Below, piece by piece: positions 1 to 10,535 of a DNA stretch of 64,000 bases; positions within the stretch are counted from its first letter, which is position 1; every line of letters starts with the position of its first letter. The position numbers and the translations under genes were made by a program. The DNA is taken from contig OX597836.1 of assembly GCA_951406725.2 (NCBI GenBank), positions 24,862,001 to 24,926,000 on the forward strand, given 5' to 3'. Below the pieces are notes generated by a model. That model ran no database searches. It saw nothing but the letters and a program-made list of their open reading frames with translations, and was not told the DNA's origin. The stretch is from Octopus vulgaris (lineage: Eukaryota).

Positions 1-328
1 AAATGTAAGGATAAGGGAATTAGACAGATCAATATGTAAAGTACATTAAATACATGAAATACAAAAAAATGTATGTCTATATACATTTAAATAGGTCCAG
101 CTTACACAGGGTACAAATGATATAGAGAATTAAAGGGGTGGTGAAAAAGTATTACAAATCCAACAGCTGTTTCTGGGGGCTTGATGATCCATAATAATAT
201 CTATAGCTTGATTCCATCATAGGATGAGATGAGCCTTTGACTTCAGGGAAGAGATCTTAAATGTGAGATGTTAAACAAGAAAAGTTCAAAGATGGATTTA
301 TGTGTACATATATGCATATCTTTCGCAG

Positions 329-486
329 TTAAATTAACAAAAAAATTAAAATCAATTAGTTTTCTACAAAGCTCTACAGAGTGTAATACAAACTGCCCGT
401 CTCCCTATTGATGTATTCATGATGAATGGTGACAGGAAGGGTAACTATTGTCGGTCAATCTTAACGGTCAATCAAGGTGAGGAGAT
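329..486 (+). pseudogene. Inverted degenerate copy of TRMT10B exon 6 with flanking intron
   Basis: ctacaaagctctacagagtgtaatacaaactgcccgtctccctattgatgtattcatgatgaatggtgacaggaagggtaactattgtc...ttaacggtcaatcaaggtgaggagat is a near-identical reverse complement of 6170..6290; the acceptor is deleted. Confidence 0.9.
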
Positions 487-683
487 CATCATCATCATTT
501 AGCGTCCGCTTTCCATGCTAGCATGGGTTGGACGGTTCAACTGGGGACTGTGAAGCCGGAAGGATGCATCAGGCCCAGTTTGATCTGGCAGTGTTTCTAC
601 AGCTGGATGCCCTTCCTAACGCCAACCACTCCGTGAGTGTAGTGGTTGCTTTTTACATGCCACCCGCACAGGTGCCAGACAGA
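487..683 (-). mobile_element. 3' UTR fragment of an abundant RTE-type LINE with a (GAT)n tail
   Basis: ccatgctagcatgggttggacggtt...gctggatgcccttcctaacgccaaccactcc core recurs many times in the window. Confidence 0.8.
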
Positions 684-928
684 GTTTCACAGAAATAAAA
701 GACAGCCAAGTACATTTCAAATGTGATTTTTGAGAACCTTAAAGGCAAAGTTTTTATTGTAGGGCACCAACCTACAACACTGTAGCAGTGCTGTCTGGAA
801 AGCACAACAATGTTCAGAAACATATAAAGGATGTGAATTCTAAAGACAAATTCGTTCCCTGTTCAAATCTTTATCTTAATTTGGCAGCTGTTCCAATGGC
901 TGGTGTTACAGTTTGGGGAGCTGAGGAA

Positions 929-1325
929 TACTCTTTACTCTCTCTCGTTTACTTGTTTCAGTCATTTGGCTGCGGCCATGCTGGAGCACCACCTTTAGTC
1001 GAGCAAATCGACCCCGGGACTTATTCTTTGTAAGCCTAGTACTTATTCTATCGGGCTCTTTTGCCGAACCGCTAAGTTACAGGGACGTAAACACACCAGC
1101 ATCGGTTGTCAAGCGATGTTGGGGGACAAACACACACACACATATATATATACATATATACAATGGGCTTCTTTCAGTTTCCATCTACCAAATCCACTCA
1201 CAAGGCTTTGGTCGGCCCGAGGCTATAGTAGAAGACACTTGCCCAAGGTGTCACGCAGTGGGACTGAACCCGGAATCATGTGGTTGGTAAGCAAGCTACT
1301 TACCACACAGCCACTCCTGCGCCTA
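929..1325 (-). mobile_element. tRNA-derived SINE family A (octopus OR/OK-type; exact family name uncertain)
   Basis: Head aggcgcaggagtggctgtgtggtaag...gggttcagtccc (A/B boxes), ttgggcaagt core, internal (TA)n/(TG)n, tail gaaacaagtaaaagagta. Confidence 0.85.
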
Positions 1326-1939
1326 TGACTGCATACTTTCTCCCTTCCCCTCATCATTGATAAGATTGGTTAATAACAACCATGGCATTAAGAGGGTGCT
1401 TGAAATGAGACACAATGCAAAACAACAAGCTAAAGTAAAGATTTTTGCCAACATAACATGGCAGTCCTTGTTTAGGACGAATGTTGCTGTAATTTAGCCC
1501 CAGGAGACATCATCTGCAGCTGGTTATACGAAACGATCTGTGTCCTTTATATGCAGACCTGATTAGGAGTTTAAAACAATAATTTTCCTTTTCCTGAGTT
1601 TCTGAGGGACTGTTCTTCCAGAAATCAACAACATACAAGAGCACATGCAGACTTGAAATTAAATATTCACCAACATGAAATGAAGACGGTTTCTTTTAAG
1701 GCATTCTTACATCATAATAGAGAGATGCTCCAGCATGGCCACAGTCAAATGACTGAAACACATAAAAGAATAAATATACAAAAGAAGTTTGTTGTAACCT
1801 CTGCATTGAGAGAGAAAGGAGAGAATGGGGTGGAGATCAAATGATATCAGGCTGACCTTTCAAACAAAAATGAAAAAAATATTTCAGTGTCCCAACAAAA
1901 AGTAGGATTTCCTTATCCCAACCAACCTAACAAATGTAG

Positions 1940-2330
1940 AATTTGGATTTGAAGAGGAGGAAGACATCAATAATATGGCAGAAGTCAAGATTGTAAGGAA
2001 GGGATTGAAGAATTTTCTTCGGTTCACTAAACAAGAAAATCAAAAAAAAAAAGGACCTCTAGAGATCCTAAACTTCCTCACTGAATATGGTTTTCAAAAT
2101 TCCATGCCAAACTTAATATTTTTGTGGGTATTTTTGAGAAGAGCAGTTGGTGTGGCTAGTTGTGAATAGAATTTTTCTAAGTTGAAATTAATAAAGAATT
2201 ATCATCACTCAACTTTGATCAGTTACAGACTGACTAACTTGGTGATTCTTTCTACTGAGAGAGAATATACCAAACCACCTGAGATTGAAGACATCATAAA
2301 AGACTTCACAATTCAAAAAGTCTTTAATGG
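1940..2330 (+). mobile_element. hAT transposase C-terminal dimerization-domain remnant
   Basis: Translates VGVASCE*NFSKLKLIKNYHHSTLISYRLTNLVILSTERE, matching the hAT consensus ASCERSFSKLKLIKNYLRSTM...RL..LA.LSIE. Confidence 0.8.
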
Positions 2331-3519
2331 ATTGTCACCAATGTAACAGGAACCAATATCAAGTGTGTGTGTTGTTAATTTAATATGTGTGTTTTCTGTG
2401 ACAATGTGTGTAAAGAAAATCAGAAGGCAAGGTATATATAACATTAAAATTTATTTAATCCAATGAGTGCTGGCAAGTAGTAACAATGAGAAGTGACCAA
2501 CAGCAGACAAGTAGTGAGAGTTGAGGCCTGTATGTGTATGTAGGATATGTATGTGCTGGTAGTAGACATATGTATTGGATACGTATGTACGTATATGTGT
2601 GTGTGAGTCAGGGAAGCCGAAATAATTTACTAGGTATGAAATGAGAAGTCATAAGCAGGGATAAGATAGCAGTGGTAAGTTGGTCTGTGCTAGCTGAGAT
2701 GAGAAAGAATTATTCATAGTAGCAACTGTGTTGGAGGAACTGGACTGTAAAGGTGTCTGCGACACTAAATTGAAGTGAGAAACTAGGAAACTAGTTCTGT
2801 GTTGGTCATCCTGCGCCCTTCTACTGACTAAACTGAAAATGGCACGCAACACTGCTGGGCGGAAGCTGCCACATTTATCCTTCTGCAGCCAGCTCTAATT
2901 GGTTGAATTGGCTACAGCATAACTGTATTTACGTACAGCAACCAAATATGGTTTCCCTGGTCACTAAAAGTCTGAAGAAGAAATACATAGATGATAAGGG
3001 ATTTTTCTGTCTTTCTTTTAGGAACAAATACCTTGGATCAATGTTCTTTCCTATTTATTTTTTAGGATAAAATAAGAAAATAATGAAGATGGAAAGCTTT
3101 AATAACCTTTATATTTCAGGCACAAAGCTCATCATCAGAAATAAACAGAGTAAAAAAATTTGAGTCCCTACAAATCCAGCTATGTTGATTGTTATGTAGA
3201 CAGTGACTCTGCAATGTCTGTTTAAGTGGTGATGACAGCAATCAGTGATTATTGTAGTGGAAGCCATTCTCCAAAATGGTATTGGCAGTGGTCACAGAGA
3301 TCATTGTGAGAATGGCAACGGATGGCTAGCTATTGGCTGGCAGCAGTCATGGTGAAGATAGCTACCTACATTGACACTAATAGTTGTAATGGAAGAAGTA
3401 GTAGTAAGTGGTAAAGTGCTGGAAGGTAATGGCAATAGTCACTGTTGTAGTGGTGATTATATTGGTCAAGGCAGCAGTGAATTTGATGATGGTGAACAGC
3501 TTAAAAAAGCCACCAACTC

Positions 3520-3960
3520 AGCATCAACCAATTGTTGATCTTCGAGTTAAGTTAGTGGATTATCAAGGATTCCTTGATCCAGAGAAGTCCAACATTTCTC
3601 TCTGCAGCCAATATGGAATTATTTGTCATTGGTGGGTGTTACTGCATTTCAGAATGTTTGCAAAAGGAAGATGCATGTGTTGTCAAGGGTTTCTTCAACC
3701 ACATCATACAACTGATATAATAAATACTGCACTCGGAACACCATAATAAGTTGACCACATATGCACACAGACCCTTGCTCGTGTTGCAGATAGAAGAGTT
3801 GGCTAGTGTGCAGGAGTGTTGTTCAACATGGAATCTTTGTACTGACAGGTGTCAAAGAAGGGACATTCTAGATAGAGCTAGCAGGATGTAAAGGTCTTTC
3901 TTGCAGATGGCAGTGGTAGTCATCTGATTAAAGTGAGATTAAACAGATTCTTCCTGCCAT
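3520..3960 (-). mobile_element. Penelope-like element GIY-YIG endonuclease remnant
   Basis: Degenerate VVNLLWCSECSIYYI and ILAAERNVGLLWIKESLII*LNSKIN motifs. Confidence 0.55.
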
Positions 3961-4828
3961 CTTCCACATTTTAATAAAGTCTTAAATGAGAAGCAGAATC
4001 AAGTCGTTAAATTATTTTATATTCCCTATTGTAATTAGTTTCAATGTTTACAGTTTTGACCTAATTATCCAATTTAGATTTAATTAACTGAGTTAAAATC
4101 TTTTTTATATGGAGTCCAATTCTTTGATACGTGTGACTGGATGTGGTTGAATTTTTAAAAAATAAATTAGTTATTGAAAATTAATCAAACATTTCTTAGG
4201 AGTGTGCAGCATGGAAAAGGTGAGGGGGCCACTGCTCTGTGCAGTCACTTGCTCAGCTAGAAAGAGCAACCAAATCTTTCCTTCAAATGACACCTTGTAG
4301 TCTTAAAAGCAGAAAAGTACATTTCATAATGTAATCCTATGTACATTGTAGCTGAAAGATAAGTGATGGTCATAGCTGGAAGGCTTTTAATAATGTATCT
4401 GCTTAGTCTTGTGCTAGGTTTGTCATTGATGAAACTGAGGGACGATTTATATCAGTCAACCCACATACTTTACAGCTATGTGATAGAGCAGTACTTTTGC
4501 TTTATGGGTGAGTCAGCCATTTAACTCTTGGTATAGCTCTCACCTAGTGTGACCTGCCGATGTCTTATCACAAACTGAAACACCAGACACATACAAACGT
4601 GTGTGTGTGTGCGCATGTGTTTGGGTGTTTGGTTTATCAATAAGTTTCACAGAAGTTGTTGGTGATGCTACTGCTGTTGCAGCACACATAGAGACATGTT
4701 GAAAATGATGATGATGATGATGATGATGACGATGATGATGTCAATGAAAGAGAATGAAGAATAAACCAAAACTTCTTTCTGCCAATGTCCATGTTCTTGT
4801 TGTACTTTACTGTACTCGGTTGCACTAC

Positions 4829-4944
4829 TCAGGAGCTCACATTTTCAAGGGGTTTTAACACTAGACCTTTCCTTTTAGGGACCTCACTAGATAGAGCCTG
4901 TCTCCAATCTTCAGTTCTCAGAAATTCAGAAATCACAGCAAGTA
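4829..4944 (-). CDS. TRMT10B: TRMT10B last coding exon (VLAVISEFLRTEDWRQALSSEVPKRKGLVLKPLENVSS*)
   Basis: Poly-T ccag acceptor, phase 1, W..AL...P.RKG C-terminal motif, TGA at 4829-4831. Confidence 0.92.
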
Positions 4945-7517
4945 CTGGAAAAAAAAAAGAGAAATATATATATATATAAAATATACATACATGATGATTG
5001 CTTCATCTTGACAGATGATAGCCGTCCCATCAACACACACACCGCACCGCATCACACAGCACAATCCCTCCCTCAGATGACTTTTAAGACCAGTTGCTGG
5101 CTGACAGGCTTTAAAACACAAGTAACAGATATTTTAAAACACAATTCAGGTTTCTTCTGTACCTTTGCCCTTTGTAATCTGATTCTGTAGGAATGTTTTT
5201 GTGACCTAGCATATGTCTTTCAAGGCCAGATATTGTCTTACAAGTTTTGTGACATATGACACAAGTCATAAGAGGCTGTTGGTGTCCAAGATCATTACCA
5301 ATCTGGGCATTTCTATTTTCATGTGACTTCTTATGGTTCACGTATCCTGCTTTTGACAACAGAACCCAATCATACATAAAACATATCCAGTATTCATTGT
5401 TGATTTCAGTTCCAATTGTTCCTTTGTGACAGGCCCTTTTAAGCTCAGAGTGCTGAATCACCTTTCCCTCTTAAGTGTTGCAACCAGTCCTAACAGCACC
5501 TCTCTGTTTGTTCCGATCTAGAACATCAATCTCTCAATCACTTTCATTTATATATACATTACACACACAATCACTGTATCACTATCAAAGACAATCAGAT
5601 GCTGTTATACACCACTGGTCACAATATACTTCTTCATACATGGCCGTGCCAGCCTCGCCTGGCACCTGTGTCGGTGGCACATTAAAAACACCATCCGAGC
5701 GTGGCCGTTCGCCAGCCTCGTCTAGCACCTGTGTCGGTGGCACATAAAAAGCACCATCCGAGCGTGGCCGTTCGCCAGCCTCGTCTGGCACCTGTGTCGG
5801 TGGCACATAAAAAGCACCCACTACACTCAAGGAGTGATTGGCGTTAGGAAGGGCATCCAGCTGTAGAAACACCGCCAGATCTGACTGGCCTGGTGCAGCC
5901 TTCGGGCTTCCCAGACCCCAGTTGAACCGTCCAACCCATGCTAGCATGGAAATCGGACGTTTAAACGATGATACTGTTGTAACTTTCAAAGAGTGTCACA
6001 CCTCACCACCCAAATGTAAACAAACACACACACACTCACACACACACACATACACATCACTACCATTTAACACCAGTTCATTAAAGAAAATACAAAAGTA
6101 AAGTCGAATTCTTCAATTTCATGTGACATGGGCAATGTCGGGTATCTCTGCGAGTTTACATATGAAAACATCTCCTCACCTTGATTGACCGTTAAGATTC
6201 GACAGTAGTTACCCTTCCTGTCACCGTTCATCATAAATACATCAATGGGGAGACGGGCAGTTTGTATTCCACTCTGTAGAGCTTTGTAGTACGTCATTTT
6301 CTAGGAAAATAGAAAATTAATTGATTGTAATTATTTTGATTATTTAGTCAATAGTTTTGAAAGAGGGTTGGGGTTGGAGTTGGGATAGTGCTGGTGATAG
6401 TGGTAGCACTAGTAGTAGTAGTGGTAGTAGTAGTAGTAGTAGTAGTAGCAGCAGCAGTAGTAGTAGTATTGTTGTAGTAGTTGTAGTAGTAGTAGTAGCA
6501 GCAGCAGCAGTAGTAGTAGTATTGTTGTAGTAGTTGTAGTAGTAGTAGTAGTAGCAGCAGCAGCAGTAGTATTGTTGTAGTAGTTGTAGCAGTAGTAGTA
6601 GCAGCAGCAGTAATAGTAGTAGTATTGTAGTAGTAGTAGTACTAGTAGTGATAGTGTTAGTTGTAATGGGATTGGTAGTTGTGGCGAGTGATGGTGGTGA
6701 TGGTGGACCCAGTGTGGCGGTAGTGGTTGTGGCGGTGGTGGTAGTTGTGGTTGTGCTGATAGTAGATGGAGACAGTAGTAGTGTTGGTAGAGGGATGGGG
6801 GTGACTGTTAGTTGTGGAGGTGGTGACAGTAGTAGCAGTAACAGTGGTGGTAATAGCAATGGTGACTGTGGTGGTGGCAATTGCAACATTAGAGATTGTA
6901 TTAGTTGTTGTAGTAGTTGTTGTTGTGGTGGTGGTGGTGGTGGTAGGGAGGACGACGAAGATGAGAAATTTATAATAGAAAGAGAAGACCAATGGAAGCA
7001 GTGTTCATGTCACCTTCATCCTCCTCTCATTGATTACGATGTGAAATTACTACAACTGGGAGCAGAAAAACCACCAGAGAACAAGCAATCACCACTGAGA
7101 CAGCCCCTTTGCTTCACCAAGGGCCATCACTCACCTTCTGTATACTTTCATCGACAAGGCCACCAATGATGTACACTTTCTCGGGGTCTATTGTGAATAA
7201 GACGTTCTCTGAATCTGGTGAGAGATAAACTATGTCTTCTTTTGGAAACAGTTCTGTGTATGATTCATCGCAGACGTCCCACTGAAAAGAACAATTGGAA
7301 AATATGTCCAAATACTAAAAAATAAAAAAAAATTAAAAAATAAATAATAATAATAGGCGCAGGAGTGGATGTATGGTAAGTAGCTTGCTAACCAACGACA
7401 TGATTCTGGGTTCAGTCCCACTGCGTGGCATCTTGGGCAAGTGTCTTCTGCTATAGCCCCGGGCCGACCAATGCCTTGTGAGTGGATTTGGTAGACGGAA
7501 ACTGAAAGAAGCCTGTC

Positions 7518-7559
<42 letters not shown>

Positions 7560-10439
7560 GTATGTGTGTGTATGTGTTTGTCCCCCTAGCATTGCTTGAC
7601 AACTGATGCTGGTGTGTTTACATCCCCGTCACTTAGCAGTTCGGCAAAAGAGACCGATAGAATAAGTACTGGGCTTACAAAGAATAAGTCCCGGGGTCGA
7701 ATTGCTCGACTATAGGCGGTGCTCCAGCATGGCCGCAGTCAAATGACTGAAACAAGTAAAAGAGTAAAAAAAAGAGTATAATAATAATAATAATAATAGC
7801 AGCCGTCATCGTTGTCATTGTCATCATCCTTCCACGTCCGTTTTCAATTGGACGGTTTGACCAGAGGTGGAAAGCCAGAGAGCTGCACCAGGTTCCATTC
7901 TGGGTCTACAAAGAGCATGTTTTGCCATATTACTGATAATAAATTGGAAGCACAGGAGTAACTGGCTTTCACAATATGTTGTCAATTGAAGATCTTATAA
8001 CAACAGTGTTATGCCAGGAAATGTTTGGTTAAGAAGAACCAAGAATCTCTATCTGCATGAGTCTCAATGTCTAAGACAACAGGGTTTGCAAACCAAATAC
8101 AGCAACAACACAAACCTTACAGACATCGATGGCCTAGAAACTCTGATTATCATCATCATCGTTTAAAGTTCATCTTCCATGCTAGCACGGGTTGGACGGT
8201 TCGACCGGGGTCTGGGAAGCTAGGAGGCTGCACCAGGCTCCAGTCTGATCTGGCAATGTTTCTACAGCTGGATGCTCTTCCTAATGCCAACCACTCCGTG
8301 AGTGTAGTGGGTGCTTTTTACGTTCCACCGACACAGGTGCCAGGGGAGTCTGGCAGCGGCCACGATCGGTTGGTGCTTTTTACGTGCCACCGGCACAGAA
8401 GCCAGTCAAGGCGGCGCTGGTATCGGCCACGTTCGGATGGTGCTTTTTACGTGCCACCGGCACAGAAGCCAGTCAAGGCGGTGCTGGCATCGGCCACGTT
8501 CGGATGGTGCTTTTTACGTGCCGCCAGCACAGTTATCACAACTACTATTTCCATTTGATATTTATTTCTGTGCTTTATTATAATCGAATGTACATGACAC
8601 TGTATTTCATTAAATTATTTAAGTGAATTTAATGGTCATTTCATTTAGATTATGTTGACCAAGGAGACTACCTTTGGTTCATTAAAACCAGTTATCCAGA
8701 AAGGCTTTGCGACCAAAGATTCTGAAAAAGTGATGTTGTACCTGTAATTTTCCTGGGTCTTATAGATTTCTTGTATATTATAGTTTGTTAGGTGGAGTAC
8801 TATCATTAGAAGGAATTGAACAGCTTGGTGAATAAGGTAAAAAAAACAGAAAAAATTAAAATTAAAATCTGGTGTCATCTGGGTAAGATCTCTGGTCTAC
8901 TGGCTGATTTGATGCCCCTGGATAATAGACAATTGGGGGAAGTGAGGCAGACACATCAAACAGACTTATGTGAGTACTTCAGACCAATACTTATATTTAC
9001 TGTGGTCACAAGTGAAAGCAGTAGAGACAAAATTTTCAAACTTAACAAATTTGCCTGGCTAGCAATAAATATTTTGCCTCGCTTACCCAAACTAAGGATT
9101 TTTAAAATCCTTTCAAATTTCATCCCTAATGAGTTTTACAAATCCTCTATCATCCTGGAATATCAGATCAGTTAGTAGACCAGAGCTTTCTTTTTCTGTG
9201 TCTCTTTATCAAGTTGTCTCAATTCAATCTTTTCATTGCAGCCACCATTTAGCAGAATTCTGTTATAGCAGGAAGTAGAAGGGGCCGTCTTGTCGAAAAT
9301 GTCCTGAGAGAAGGCCAGAATGGAGATCTTATGGTCCACAATGGAGATGAGGTTTTGCAAAGTGCTAATGAGAGTGACAGGAAAGTTTATTAATGTATTT
9401 TAATTCTTTATCAGTCACGGAGTGGTTGGCGTTAGGAAGGGCATCCAGCTGTAGAAACACTGCCAGATCAGACTGGAGCCTGGTGCAGCCTCCTGGCTTC
9501 CCAGACCCCAGTCGAACCGTCCAACCCGTGCTAGCACAGAAAGCAGACGTTAAACGATGATGATGATGATGATGTTTGTGGAAGAAAGGTAGGGAGAAGA
9601 ACGTGTTTTTAGGTTTAGTGATACATCTAAGAAGTCAACCTGCCTTTATGTTACACCTGCCCACCTGTCTATCTATTTATCTTCTCTATCTACCTTGCTA
9701 ACAGCACAGCATGAACAAAAGTGATGTGAACGCATACAAATATGAAGATTTACAGATCCAACAAACCCAAATTAATGTGAAAAATATATTTAAATGACAA
9801 AGCAAAATAGGGACAAAAAGAAGTTGAGAGAAGTGAAAGGAGCAGAAAAAAAAAGACTCATTTTCTCACCAAATAATTCTGAAATCCTTGGTTGATGCGG
9901 GTACATTCTTTAAAGAAGAAACCACTTTGGTCAATGCTTGTCAAAAATATATGCAATGGCTTCTCTGTCTTCTTGTTATAGCCATAGATCCTTCCCAATT
10001 GCTGTGCTAACCTTGAAATTTCCTGGTATATTTCATAAAAAATATTTCAAAGAAATGCTATGAATATATAAGTAAACATATATACATTTGTATATGTATG
10101 CATATCCTTTAATGCACACTTTGTTAAAATAACCAATACCAATAGTTTCTTGCCATGGGGACATGTGGTTAGGCAGATTTTTATAACATGCCTTGTGTCT
10201 GTAAGCAATCCTCAGCTTCTGGCCACATGGTTTGTTCAAGTTGAAAAACAGAAAGCTGCTTCATGAGAACAAACAATGAGCCCAGAACCCAGAGAATGCT
10301 TGGAGACACAAGGCACATAACAAAAATCTGTCTAATCATGTGTCTCCATGGCAAGAAACTATTAGTAGCTCTTATTCTAAATACTCTCTACATTAAATGA
10401 TATTTATCTCTCACTGGATGGACTATTGTTTACAGTAAG

Positions 10440-10535
<96 letters not shown>

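Noticed and set aside
5111-5461. C2H2 zinc-finger-like ORF as a host gene
   Set aside because: Single motif in decayed context with no splice structure; fits an RTE LINE C-terminus
5640-5820. Regularly spaced repeats resembling a CRISPR array (also 8320..8520)
   Set aside because: Units are contiguous tandem copies without unique spacers, no cas genes, eukaryotic LINE 3' UTR context
6344-7169. ORFs rich in poly-L/T/V/G
   Set aside because: Trinucleotide low-complexity tract inside a TRMT10B intron
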